Positions 10,601-19,961 of a stretch of 64,000 nucleotides of DNA are shown here, one piece after another. The notes under the pieces are model-generated. The model did no database searches. It was not told the origin of the DNA and saw only the letters and a program-made list of their open reading frames with translations. Source of the DNA: Acidimicrobiales bacterium (GTDB lineage: Bacteria > Actinomycetota > Acidimicrobiia > Acidimicrobiales > Aldehydirespiratoraceae); NCBI GenBank assembly GCA_965214945.1, contig OZ244029.1, positions 805,217 to 869,216 on the forward strand, read 5' to 3'. How positions within the stretch are numbered: position 1 is the first letter of the stretch; every line of letters starts with the position of its first letter. Made by a program: the position numbers and the translations under genes.

Positions 10601-10890
10601 TTCTGGTGCGCCCAGCTATTCCGAACGTCAGCTACCTCAAAAACGAGCGAACGGATCGCTGGCGGGAAGCCATGCCCGAACACCTCTTTCCAGGTCACCT
10701 TGATTCCTTTGAAGACGAAGGCGATGTCTTGGGTGCTCGGGTTTCGCTCAGGGTTGTATAAGCGCTGGTTGACCTGTTGCAGCCAGTCATACCCGTAGAA
10801 GCCTTGCCAGGTCTCCTCACACTTCGGGGCGAGACCATCTCGCAGAAGATCGAGTGCCTTCGCGATCCTTTCTGTGTTTGCCATCACCAT
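7651..10890 (-). CDS. Swt1-like HEPN + DUF499 AAA+ ATPase (BrxC-related)
   Basis: N-terminal VRNSWAH RxxxxH; ELQTNFGGGKTHSMIALYH Walker A; LIDEWVAYARQL Walker B; YPIHPELFDRL, FQRTRGVLRLMA. Confidence 0.92.
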   Translation of the reverse strand: MVMANTERIAKALDLLRDGLAPKCEETWQGFYGYDWLQQVNQRLYNPERNPSTQDIAFVFKGIKVTWKEVFGHGFPPAIRSLVFEVADVRNSWAHQNSFSSDDTARALDSMERVLEAFGDTENRQSIKTLRRGLMRQIFKEEARSERRKIAAKPTEGRPQAGLTSWREIIAPHTDVASGRFDQAEFAADLFEVANGRADFEYQDPKAFFARTFLTEGLRDLLVSATRRLSGAGGDPVIELQTNFGGGKTHSMIALYHLASDVPAKDLPGIAEALTTEKLSLPGNINRAVLVGQTISPAAPEPVEDGIELHTLWGRLAYQLGGKAGYELVRTDDEAGTNPGAALRTLFQQFGPAVVLIDEWVAYARQLRDGGDGRRLAGGDFDTQFTFAQSLTEAAAAVPNVVVLVSIPASDIEIGGDRGKTALEKLKNVVTRLAAQWQPASPDESFEIVRRRLFETIPADKARVRDGVIRAFSEMYRNRAIEFPAGCSETDYRRRMEASYPIHPELFDRLFGDWSALDKFQRTRGVLRLMALAISQLWQRGDQSLLIMPGNLPMDSGALVSEMKKYLEESWDPVIKADVDGENSLPLRIDNEYKHLGRYSATRRAARTVYMGSAAKPDRSRGIDVKHIMLGCAQPGEPVEQFTAALRRLSGRATHLYVDGAQYWYALQPTVTRLAADRAASNYSDRDADDEVKKRIAKQSDRGNFAAVQVFAEGPGDVPDDDDGVRLVILTPKVTHSPNDDHSPAVKLASKILNQRHSGPRLNRNLLVFTAAAANRLSELRAATRLYLAWCSIVDEHETLDLTPHQKKQAETKAAETSQQVDSLIAETFTLVLTPRQEPGTSEIIWQTTKATERCDIAARVSKKLATEEKLIATYGGFWVKRYIDRYDLWTDRGDISVGDLWSNYARYPHLHRLASYDTLADAISDGTSNLNWEQDTFGYAEAHDGETWVGVRTGEHVSPVMRSGLVVHPDHVPAPTPPPPPPGGGGKPGGGNVGDPPGEPPTPELPAITKFYAHFDLDSVRWIKQIGDISDLVLKHLGTEISYELEVRANNDAGYDDATQRTVSENATNLGARASEFE

Positions 10891-10918
10891 GGCGGCACTA
10901 CCTTGCTTTCGTGGTCGG

Positions 10919-13669
10919 TCAGAGTAACGACCCCTGGGCTTCTCCCATAGGAGCGCCAATCTCCAGCAGATCGGGCCAGGTGGTGATCAGGCCGTTGTAG
11001 GCGCTGGCCTCTTCAGCCCGGCCGTTGTCGTTTGCCTTCTTGTACAGCACATAGGCAAGTTGGCGTGCCCGGTCGGCGTAGCCGCCAAGCTGGTGCAACA
11101 GCGCGGCGGCCTCCGGCTCCGACCGCTCCAAGGTGGCGACGAGGTGCTGGGTGGCCTCCCACACGGTCAACCGGTCGTCTAGTGCAGGGTGCCAGTAGGG
11201 ATCCAACTCGTCGCGACGGTAGAGCCGGAACCGACCGCCTCGGGCTTTACCGATGCCGGCTTCTTCAAGACCTGCGAGGGACGTGTTCTTAGCCCGGGCG
11301 AGGTTGTCAGCGTCGCCGGATGCGGCCGGGTCGTAGCCGTGCTGGGCGAACCAGGTGACCGCGAAACGGGAGTCCGCGTCGAGTTCGGCTTCTTCGCCGT
11401 CGAGAATCTCCCCTAGCACGTCGTTGATGATCGCCAACGCAGACGACACAGGCATGACCCTTCCGTCGGCCTCGATCACCTTGGCGTAACGCGAAAACAC
11501 CCCGATGCCAGGGCCGATGGTCGACTGCGCCATGTCGACCGGCGCGATGTTGCCTGTCTGCAGAACACGCACAGCCTCGGGCAGTTCGTTGCGGAGAGCC
11601 TCCACGAACTGCCCGCGTGAAGCGGGCGCGACACCCTCAGGGCGCGGCCGGCAAACAAGGACGATCGACGACGCCAGAGCATTCGACTTCATGGCGCGGA
11701 GTCTTGATTGATTCTCAGTCCGCATCGGCCACGTTGCCGTGATCTGCATACCGGCATCCGCCACGCCCTGCAAGAACGTGTCCCAACCGGTGGACCGGAC
11801 CCCGCCTTCGCTGGTTTCGGTTGCCTTGTAAGCGTAGAAGATCGTCACCGGCACATCCGGGGTTGACGCTTCGGCCACCTCGGCTACGAATTCAGCCATG
11901 CCCGACTCAAAATGCTCCTCAGCCTTCTGTTTCGACCCGGCTCGATAGCGGTTGGCGACCAGCTCGTCGGCCTTCGGGGTCAGCAATGTCGCGCACTCGT
12001 CAGGCCATACGTCCGCTAGGTTGCGACGCAACCACACGTAGAAGAAATCCGATATGTCGGCATAGGGGACATTGTCGTAGTACGGCGGATCGGTGGAGAC
12101 GGCAACGTTGCGCGCGCTCCGCACTCGTGCAATGGCGTCCATCTGGACCGCTCGACCCTCGAGGCCCATCACGGACCCGATGCTTACCAGGCCCCTCATC
12201 GTGCCGCTGAGGCACGTCAAGAAAGACCCGGAGCTGGAACTGAACGGGTTCGACTCAGCGAAGTCCCAAATCATGGGGATGGCCTGACGACCGAATAGCT
12301 GGCGCGGACACTGCGCTCTCGGCTCCCACCGGACCAGAGAATTGCCAAGATCCGCCTGCTTGTCGATGCCGAACGCCAGATACGTCACCACCGCGTCCGC
12401 ATATGCATCCGCGCCCGTGCCGCCGTCTCGCAGGCGGATCTCATCGGATGCCATGCCCGCAGCCGCCGCATGGGCCTCGACCAACCCCCGAACATCGGCC
12501 AGCAGATCGGAGAACGTGGTAAGCGCTGTCAATTGCCGCGGGGTGAACAGGTCCTCCCAATCGCCCATGCCGTAGTTTGGCGGGTTGCTGTACTGCGGGT
12601 TGGAGGGAAGCGGCCCCAGGATCAGTTCGCAGTTCACGTCGGTTGCGGCGGTGTGCTCGAGAGTCGGCCCGAGGTACATTCGACCTCGCGGTATTCCTTC
12701 GGCGACGACGGCCATGAGCTGGGCGCCCATCCGCCCGGCCCGGCCTTCAGCCTTGATGTAGACACCGGGAATCGCGGCACCGGTGGCGATGCAGGTTCCA
12801 TTGCCCCTGTTGACCGTCCTGGGATGCGATGGGCTCCCGCCCGTTCTGACCTCGTAGCGGACCGTCTGAGCGACGCGGTCGATCACCGGCTCGATCCAAA
12901 CGGGCGGCTTGCCTCTCCGCTTGGCGAGATACCACGACGCCACAAGCGGAACATGACCGCTCCAGGCCGGATCAGGCGATTCGACTGTTCTCGCCCAGAT
13001 CCAAGCAATCGGCGTGAGTTTCTCGCCGTTGGGGCCTGTTGCATCCGGGTACAGGTGCCCGATCCGCTGCTGGGCTTGGTCTCGCATCCAGTGCCCGTAA
13101 GCCTCCACGTCGGCTGCCAGCCCCTGCGCGCGTTCCCACGTGGCCATCTCGTCTTGGAGGTCGGGGTGCACAGGCGGTCGGTTGGCGAAGCGCGGCGGGA
13201 TCTCGATCATCGCCTTCTGTATCAGCACCGCTACCGGGTTGAGATCACCTGATAGAGCCTGGAGACCCAGCCGCTGAGCCTCCAGAGGGATAGACCCCCC
13301 TCCGCCGAACGGATCAAGGATCGGTGGCGGACCGTCGGGGAAGCAACGCTCGATCTCGGCCTTTGCCTCGGCTAGCACCTGCGGGTCGTTGGAGTTCTTC
13401 CACACCGCCAGCCGCTCAAGAATCCCGAACAGACGCTGCCTTTCCGCTTCTTGCTGCTCGTTGCTCAACGAATTATCAGCCGACGGATCATCCACCAGCG
13501 ACGCCCAGATCACAGCCCTCGCTGCCACCAGCGGTCTGCGCGCCCACCAAAGGTGCAGCGTCGACGGGTGACCGTGCCGGATCGACTTTTCCCGTGACGC
13601 TTGGACATTGATCTCGGCCAACGGCAGAGCAACCTCGATTAGCTTCGGCTTGTAGTCGGTGCTCAACAC
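10919..13669 (-). CDS. DUF1156 adenine-specific DNA methyltransferase
   Basis: KLIEVALPL, HLWWARRPL, DPFGGGGSIPLEA SAM motif, STDPPYYDN catalytic motif. Confidence 0.93.
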   Translation of the reverse strand: MLSTDYKPKLIEVALPLAEINVQASREKSIRHGHPSTLHLWWARRPLVAARAVIWASLVDDPSADNSLSNEQQEAERQRLFGILERLAVWKNSNDPQVLAEAKAEIERCFPDGPPPILDPFGGGGSIPLEAQRLGLQALSGDLNPVAVLIQKAMIEIPPRFANRPPVHPDLQDEMATWERAQGLAADVEAYGHWMRDQAQQRIGHLYPDATGPNGEKLTPIAWIWARTVESPDPAWSGHVPLVASWYLAKRRGKPPVWIEPVIDRVAQTVRYEVRTGGSPSHPRTVNRGNGTCIATGAAIPGVYIKAEGRAGRMGAQLMAVVAEGIPRGRMYLGPTLEHTAATDVNCELILGPLPSNPQYSNPPNYGMGDWEDLFTPRQLTALTTFSDLLADVRGLVEAHAAAAGMASDEIRLRDGGTGADAYADAVVTYLAFGIDKQADLGNSLVRWEPRAQCPRQLFGRQAIPMIWDFAESNPFSSSSGSFLTCLSGTMRGLVSIGSVMGLEGRAVQMDAIARVRSARNVAVSTDPPYYDNVPYADISDFFYVWLRRNLADVWPDECATLLTPKADELVANRYRAGSKQKAEEHFESGMAEFVAEVAEASTPDVPVTIFYAYKATETSEGGVRSTGWDTFLQGVADAGMQITATWPMRTENQSRLRAMKSNALASSIVLVCRPRPEGVAPASRGQFVEALRNELPEAVRVLQTGNIAPVDMAQSTIGPGIGVFSRYAKVIEADGRVMPVSSALAIINDVLGEILDGEEAELDADSRFAVTWFAQHGYDPAASGDADNLARAKNTSLAGLEEAGIGKARGGRFRLYRRDELDPYWHPALDDRLTVWEATQHLVATLERSEPEAAALLHQLGGYADRARQLAYVLYKKANDNGRAEEASAYNGLITTWPDLLEIGAPMGEAQGSLL

Positions 13670-16600
13670 GGGTCTCCGGCATGTGCTAGCAGATCAGCCA
13701 CCTTGAGAGGCACCTTGGTCTGCGCAAAATGCAGGGTTACATCTGCGAAAGGCTCCACCAGGTAGCGCACAACTGGTGCCTCGCAGGGGTCGTCGGGCAC
13801 GGAAGCCACGGCCAAACGCCAGCGCTCGGGGTTGGACTTGGCCTTCTGCACCTGCTGGGCCGAGACGCTGATCTCGGTGGTCCGGGGCAGGTGGCTCTTG
13901 ACTTCGATGAAGTAGTGCATGCCGGTTGCGGGGTCCACAGAGTCGATGTCGAAACCGGGGTTGCTGTGATGCTGCGGGGTCGGCTTCCGGCCGAGCGCCC
14001 GTTCGGCCTCACAAACCGCTTCCACGCCTCGGCGGTCGGTTTCGAGCTTGTCGGCGGAGGCGTCGGGATCCGGGGGAGTGCCGGCAAGGCTGTCGAGCAG
14101 CCCCTGGGGGACCACGAGCGCAGCACCGACGATGGTGGGTGGGTTGTTGTGCAGATCGGCCTCCAGGTCGAGTTCGAGCCGGCGCCTTGTGAGGCGGTCT
14201 GCGAGTTCGTCGGCTCGAGCGCTGGCTCGACCGGAGTTGAGCCTGGGCTTCTTTCCTTGAAGTTCCTGGAACTTGAGGTCTTCGGCTCTCATGTCCCAGA
14301 ACTGGATCTCAGAACGGAGCCGCTCCTTCACGGCCGTCCAAACCTTGTTGACTCGCTGGCGGGTGACAGCGGCAATCTCGCCGAAGTGAGGGCCAGCGAG
14401 GTGCTCGATAGCCCAGGCTCGAGCGGCATTCTCGGCTGTGGCATCGGCCCACTCGTCGTCGAGGCGCCCGCTGATGAGCGCTCGTTGGTCGTCGGAGATC
14501 GGGTCGTAGCCGAGGTAGGGCTCTGCGCCGGCGTCAACAACGTTGTGATGGCGGTCAATCTCGACGTATTGGAAACGGCGGCTCACCACCTGGCGGCTGC
14601 CGTGCACTTGGCGGCCGTCGGTCACAGTGTGATCGAGATACACCAGCAGTCTTGGCTCGGTGCTCGGTTCGTCGGCTGCTACGAGAGTGGCGCCGGCTGT
14701 CAGAGTGTTGCCGTGGTCGGCCAACACCTTGTCGACAAGAGCGGTCAGCAGAGGCGTGCCCGGGGAGATCAGCTCGGCGCGTTCGCCGCCTTCGAGTTGG
14801 ATGCTGGCCTTGTGGAACGTCACCCTCGAATAGCGGTCGTGCAGCGGGCCAAGGGTCGGGTTGGCGGGGTTCCTTACGGATGCAGGCACTCGGGTGATCT
14901 CAAACCGTTCGGGTTCGCGCGCAGCAATGCGGCCGCCGTACTTCTTCAGCGCGGCCGTGAAGAACGCCTCCACGAACCACGGCTGGAGCTTGCGTGCCCG
15001 TGAGCGCTCCATGAGATCGTGTATCTCCTCGGTCGGCGCAGCGCCGAGACCTCCCACGAGAGCGCGTTCTTGCAGGACGATTTCAAGCTGGCCGCCGATC
15101 TCGCCGTCGATGATCTCGTTCATGTAGACGGCATGCGCGGGATCGCCGTCGTCGCGGATGGCTTTGATCAGCAGATCTTGGAGGGATCGGTTGATCTGAG
15201 CATCGCCCAGCACGTCGTAGACCTGATCTTTGTAGATGCCCTTTTGCTGTTCGATCTTGTGAAAGAGTCGCTCGAACACTTTGCCCTCACGGGTCTCGTG
15301 GGCCACAAGATTCCAGAGATGGCACGGCAGTTGTTGACCGATCCGGTGGATCCGTCCGAAGCGCTGCTCGATCCGGTTGGGGTTCCAGGGCAGGTCGTAG
15401 TTGACCATCATGTTGGCCACCTGCAGGTTCACGCCCTCGCCGGCGGCATCGGTGGCCACCAGAATCCGAACAGTCGGGTCGACCCGGAAGCGGTCTTGGA
15501 TCACGCGTCGGTCGTGGCGTTTGATCCCGCCGTGGATGGTCACCACAGCCTCGGGCCGGCCCAGCTCGGCCACGATCCGATCGGCGACATAGGTGAGAGT
15601 ATCCTTGTGCTCTGAGAACACGATCAGCTTGCGCGGCCCTGCTTCTGGTTCGTGGGGGTTTTGGGCTGCGGTGGGTTGGTCTGGGTTGTCGTCCTCCTCT
15701 GGAGGCCGGGCGGCAGTCGAGCGGAAGACGTCTGAGCGCAGCAGTGCGCGCAGCTCGTTCCACTTGGTGTCGACCCCGGACTTGCGGACCTTGTTGGCCA
15801 GCTCGACCAGACCGCCGAGTTCGACCACCTCGGCCTCCAAGTCCTCGGCGGTCGCCGCTGCGGTGCTGGCATCGATGACCACGTCCTCGAGGACTTCAAG
15901 TTCTTCGTCGTCGTAGTCGTCGAAGTCGAACTCCTCCAGGTCGGCGAACTTCACTCCCTTGGGCAGATCAACAGCCGGGATGGCCTCCCCGGCGGCGGCA
16001 AGCTCACGCAGCTTCGCGGCCTGATCGGCTAGCCGGTCCCGTCGGCGGCGCAGCGACTGGTAGATCGCCTTGGGGGAGGAGGCCAGGCGCCGCTGCAGGC
16101 CGGCCAGGGCGAATCCGACGATGATGCCCTTGCGCTTGTCGCCCTTCTCGCGCATCCGGTCGGCCCGGTTCATGCCGTTGCGGACGTAGTCGGTGACCGC
16201 CTCATACAGCTCCTGCTCCAGCGGCGACAGCTCGAACTTGAGCGACGTGGCGTAGCGCTTCGTGAACAGCCGCTTGCCTTCGAAAGTGCTCAGGTTCTCC
16301 TTCACGAGCCGGCGCATCACATCGGACACGTCGGGCATTTCGTCGTTGCGGAGCCGACCTGCGAAACGGTCGGGATCCAGCAGCGTCATGAAGGCCAGAA
16401 AGTCTTCGTTCTTGCCGTTGTGCGGTGTGGCTGTGAGCAGCAGCAGGTGACGGGTGCGTTCACGCAACAGCTCGCCGAGCTCGAAGCGCTTCGTCTTCTT
16501 GAGCTTGGCGCCGTAGCGATGCGCCGCCATCTTGTGCGCCTCGTCGACGATCACGAGATCCCAGTCCGTTACGGCCAGCTTGGCCCGGAGATCTTCTGCC

Positions 16601-17232
16601 CTGGCCAGCTGATCCACCCGTGCCACCAGTAGGTGCTTTTCGAGGAACGGGTTGCCGCTGCGCGATGCCTCAACTGCCGCACGTGACATCAGTTCGAAGT
16701 CGATGCCGAACTTGTCGTACAGCTCGTCCTGCCACTGCTCGACCAGGCTTCCGGGGGCCACGATCAGACAGCGCTTCACGTCGCCTCGCAACATCAGCTC
16801 GCGGATCAGCAGGCCCGACATGATCGTCTTGCCGGCGCCAGGGTCGTCGGCGAGCAGAAACCGCAGCGGAGTCTGGGGCAGAAGCTGGTTGTAGACGGCA
16901 TCGATCTGGTGCGGATACGGCTCGATGTTGGACGTGTCGACCGCCGCAAACGGATCGGCCAGGTGCGCCCAACGCATCCGACGCGCCTCGGATGCCAAGC
17001 GAAACGCCGCTCCGTCGGCGTCGAAGGTCCAGCGCCGCTCCGCTACCTCGGCTATTCCCTTGAGGTCGGCGGTTGTGATCAGCCGTTCGCCGAGCTTGCC
17101 GCCGGCTGTGCGGTAGGTGAGCGTCGCCGACTGCGGGCCGTGCTGCTCCAGGGCCACCACCACGACGTCTTCGGTGGCGACCACGCCCGACAGGCGCCGA
17201 CGGGCTGAGATGTCCGCGAAGGCCAGGGTCAT
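13663..17232 (-). CDS. SNF2-family helicase with C-terminal DUF3883 (NO VEIN-like) PD-(D/E)XK nuclease
   Basis: LLADDPGAGKT, DEAH, LLLTATPH, TDAAGEGVNLQ, EQRFGRIHRIGQ; C-terminal NPGFDIDS..FIEVKS; ATG 17232 preferred over 17589. Confidence 0.93.
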   Translation of the reverse strand: MTLAFADISARRRLSGVVATEDVVVVALEQHGPQSATLTYRTAGGKLGERLITTADLKGIAEVAERRWTFDADGAAFRLASEARRMRWAHLADPFAAVDTSNIEPYPHQIDAVYNQLLPQTPLRFLLADDPGAGKTIMSGLLIRELMLRGDVKRCLIVAPGSLVEQWQDELYDKFGIDFELMSRAAVEASRSGNPFLEKHLLVARVDQLARAEDLRAKLAVTDWDLVIVDEAHKMAAHRYGAKLKKTKRFELGELLRERTRHLLLLTATPHNGKNEDFLAFMTLLDPDRFAGRLRNDEMPDVSDVMRRLVKENLSTFEGKRLFTKRYATSLKFELSPLEQELYEAVTDYVRNGMNRADRMREKGDKRKGIIVGFALAGLQRRLASSPKAIYQSLRRRRDRLADQAAKLRELAAAGEAIPAVDLPKGVKFADLEEFDFDDYDDEELEVLEDVVIDASTAAATAEDLEAEVVELGGLVELANKVRKSGVDTKWNELRALLRSDVFRSTAARPPEEDDNPDQPTAAQNPHEPEAGPRKLIVFSEHKDTLTYVADRIVAELGRPEAVVTIHGGIKRHDRRVIQDRFRVDPTVRILVATDAAGEGVNLQVANMMVNYDLPWNPNRIEQRFGRIHRIGQQLPCHLWNLVAHETREGKVFERLFHKIEQQKGIYKDQVYDVLGDAQINRSLQDLLIKAIRDDGDPAHAVYMNEIIDGEIGGQLEIVLQERALVGGLGAAPTEEIHDLMERSRARKLQPWFVEAFFTAALKKYGGRIAAREPERFEITRVPASVRNPANPTLGPLHDRYSRVTFHKASIQLEGGERAELISPGTPLLTALVDKVLADHGNTLTAGATLVAADEPSTEPRLLVYLDHTVTDGRQVHGSRQVVSRRFQYVEIDRHHNVVDAGAEPYLGYDPISDDQRALISGRLDDEWADATAENAARAWAIEHLAGPHFGEIAAVTRQRVNKVWTAVKERLRSEIQFWDMRAEDLKFQELQGKKPRLNSGRASARADELADRLTRRRLELDLEADLHNNPPTIVGAALVVPQGLLDSLAGTPPDPDASADKLETDRRGVEAVCEAERALGRKPTPQHHSNPGFDIDSVDPATGMHYFIEVKSHLPRTTEISVSAQQVQKAKSNPERWRLAVASVPDDPCEAPVVRYLVEPFADVTLHFAQTKVPLKVADLLAHAGDPC

Positions 17233-17346
17233 CTGCCTGCCGTCTCTGGCGTTGGACTCATCAGGCAAACCGCCGGGGGCCGCCAAAGCGACGAACACGC
17301 ATTGCGCCTCATGGTAGGTCCACCCTGTGACATCCACCGCAGCGAC
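16855..17346. repeat. 492-bp direct repeat copy 1 (SNF2 5' end plus upstream region)
   Basis: colinear without indels to 21030-21521 (offset 4175); about 28 substitutions by manual count (~94%). Confidence 0.95.
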
Positions 17347-17728
17347 AGCTTCACCGAGGCGTGCCGAACCCGGCCGGAGCACTGACCACCGTAGCCACAA
17401 CCGGGGCAGGCGCTCAGATGCCTGCCACCGCCTGCCGGGGGCGGAGCCGGTGCGGAGACCGCCTGGCCCACGGGCACCGCCCGCCGCCAACGCCGAACCG
17501 AGTGAGGCCTCTCCGGGGCCAAGACTGACTCCGGCAACTGGGTCACCCATCGGCGACCACAGAGAGTCGAGGCCTGATCCACGCGGCACATCCCTAATGT
17601 GGACTCACCACTCGATACCGCGGCCTCAGGCAGCGAGCACCCGTGATTGCAGTCACCGTGCCAGCGGCTACCATCTATTATTAGGCAGATTCACTGCTCG
17701 CTGTCACACCTCGTTGGTATCGTTGAAT

Positions 17729-19705
17729 ATGGCCACCCTCAAGATCAAGGCGGCAGACGACCACCTCAAGCGAATGATCGGGTCTAAACCCGGACACGGA
17801 TTGGCCGAACTCGTGTGGAATGCGGTAGACGCCAACGCCACTAACGTCGATATCACGGTGACTCGCACAGCCGCTGATGCCGTCGACAAGGTGGTGGTAC
17901 GGGACAACGGGCATGGCTTCGAAGCAAGTAAGATCACCGAACTTTTCGGTTCCGTAGGTGGGAGTTGGAAGCATAGTGCAGCGAACCGGAAGACTAAGGA
18001 CGGCAAGCGGATCTTGCATGGCGACAAGGGCGAAGGGCGTTGGAAGGCCTTCGCCCTCGGTGATCGGATCGAATGGGAATCCGTCACTTCTGGAACCGAT
18101 GATCAACCCAACCAGAAGGTTCGAGTTAAGATGTCAGAACAAGAGTTGGGCGAAGTCGAGTGGGAAGATTCGAAAGATACGGACGATCCGGTCGGTACTA
18201 CCACGACAGTCGTCGCCGGGATGAAACAACCGAATGCCCTCCTTGCGGATAGCGCTCATCACAATCTCACCAGCGTGATGGCGCTCTACCTCACAAAGTA
18301 TCCAGATGTGACCATAATTTACGATGGGAAGCCGCTTCTTGTCAGCGACGTGATCGCCCGTAAGCAGGATATCGAAGTCGTCTACAAGAACGAACACGGT
18401 GAGGTGATTCTCACTGTGATCGAGTGGGATGTAGACTTTGGTCGAGCACTCTTTCTTTGCGATGAAGACGGAACAACGCTGCATGAAGACTCACCAGGAA
18501 TCCATGCTCCAGGGTTTATGTTTTCGGCGTATGTCCGTTGGGCAGGGTTCCGAATCCACGAGTCATTATTACCACTTGCTCAGATGGACAACTACGAGGT
18601 CGGACCAGCTGTCGACGCTGCCAAAGACGCTCTCCGCACCTACTTCAGGGAGAGGCGGGCTGACGACACCAAGTCAGTCGTTCAGGAATGGCGAGAAGAA
18701 CATGTCTATCCTTTCCCTGAGGAGCCGATGAACAACGTTGAACTTGCCGAACAGGCGCTGTTCAACTTCGTAGCGGTCAGCTCCGCCGATGCCGTCAACC
18801 GAATCGAGGACCGTAAATCGAAAGCTATGAGTCTCCAGACGATGCGGATAGCGATCAAGCGAGACCCCACATCGGTCGAATTCATCATGCAGGAGGTTCT
18901 AAAGCTCCCCAAGACGAAGATCGACGAATTCCGTCATCTCATCGAGCGAACGTCCCTGATAGCAATGTTGGATGCCATGAGTCTAGTCACTGGTCGACTT
19001 GAGTTCTTGGCAGGACTAGAACTTCTCCTATTCGAGACTGATCATGCAAAACAGGTATTGGAGCGTACCCATCTGCACCCGATCGTCGAAAACTCGCCGT
19101 GGTTGTTCGGCGAGGAGTTTTCTATGCATGTCTCGGACCAAACGCTAACTACGCTACTGAAGGCTCACCTCGACCTGCTTGAACGAGCCGAACTCGTATC
19201 TGAACCGGTGACTGACCTAAGAGGCATCCAGCTCCGCCGTATCGACTTTATGTTCGGGCGAGCGATCGAACTCAACAGAGGACACCGGGAGCACTTGGTC
19301 GTCGAAATCAAACGTCCGACCACCGTCATCGGACGAAGCGAAATCGCCCAGATTGAGGACTACGCAGAAGCGGTTGTTCGAGACAACAGGTTCGACAGTC
19401 CTAGTGTCCGATGGGAGTTCGTACTACTGGGTACGGAGCTTGATGAACATGCAAAACGCAGGGCCAATCAACGGGATAAACCTCGTGGACTAATTCATGA
19501 TGGCGACAACAGCGTCCGTGTTTGGGTAAAGTCTTGGGCAGAGATTCTGCAGGAGTGCAAGCACCGCCTCAAATTTATTCGGAATCAACTTCAGTACGAT
19601 CCAGATGCAGATCAAGCTCTGGCGTATCTCCGGATCACGTATCCTGACTATGTTCCCAAGTCCATTGCCAAGTTGAACTCTGTTCTCGACTCCTCAACCC
19701 TTTAG
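17729..19705 (+). CDS. GHKL (MORC/HSP90-like) ATPase fused to PD-(D/E)XK nuclease; candidate defence protein
   Basis: AELVWNAVDANA, DNGHGF, HGDKGEGRWKAF Bergerat motifs; C-terminal RIDFMF..VVEIKRP..QIEDY; ATG 17729. Confidence 0.88.
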   Translation: MATLKIKAADDHLKRMIGSKPGHGLAELVWNAVDANATNVDITVTRTAADAVDKVVVRDNGHGFEASKITELFGSVGGSWKHSAANRKTKDGKRILHGDKGEGRWKAFALGDRIEWESVTSGTDDQPNQKVRVKMSEQELGEVEWEDSKDTDDPVGTTTTVVAGMKQPNALLADSAHHNLTSVMALYLTKYPDVTIIYDGKPLLVSDVIARKQDIEVVYKNEHGEVILTVIEWDVDFGRALFLCDEDGTTLHEDSPGIHAPGFMFSAYVRWAGFRIHESLLPLAQMDNYEVGPAVDAAKDALRTYFRERRADDTKSVVQEWREEHVYPFPEEPMNNVELAEQALFNFVAVSSADAVNRIEDRKSKAMSLQTMRIAIKRDPTSVEFIMQEVLKLPKTKIDEFRHLIERTSLIAMLDAMSLVTGRLEFLAGLELLLFETDHAKQVLERTHLHPIVENSPWLFGEEFSMHVSDQTLTTLLKAHLDLLERAELVSEPVTDLRGIQLRRIDFMFGRAIELNRGHREHLVVEIKRPTTVIGRSEIAQIEDYAEAVVRDNRFDSPSVRWEFVLLGTELDEHAKRRANQRDKPRGLIHDGDNSVRVWVKSWAEILQECKHRLKFIRNQLQYDPDADQALAYLRITYPDYVPKSIAKLNSVLDSSTL

Positions 19706-19961
19706 TGGGCTGTCACAGGCGCGAGCCCCTGCCGTCACAGCCACGATAGCAGACGCATTCTGTATGAGTTCGCGAATAGGTAACAGCGACATGGTATCGA
19801 TGAAGCGCATCGAGCGGATGGGACCCGAAGTCTCGGTCTGCCTAGTTCTGACTTCCTCGGTTCAGCTTGCCTACTCAGAACCGAGCAGATTGGATGCAAG
19901 GTCGGCTTTTCACGGTGTGTGGCCTCTGAGACTAGGTGTAACAGCAAGCGACCGCTGGGCC

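Noticed and set aside
13729-15003. 424-aa plus-strand ORF (also 35801-36781, 36963-37895, 21702-22583, 2884-3711 and similar)
   Set aside because: Antisense shadows of well-supported genes in high-GC DNA; no motifs
17233-17728. Long N-terminal extensions and overlap of the 13663-17589 and 17327-19705 ORFs
   Set aside because: Low-complexity GC-rich read-through; domains begin at ATG 17232 and ATG 17729, so this is a divergent intergenic region
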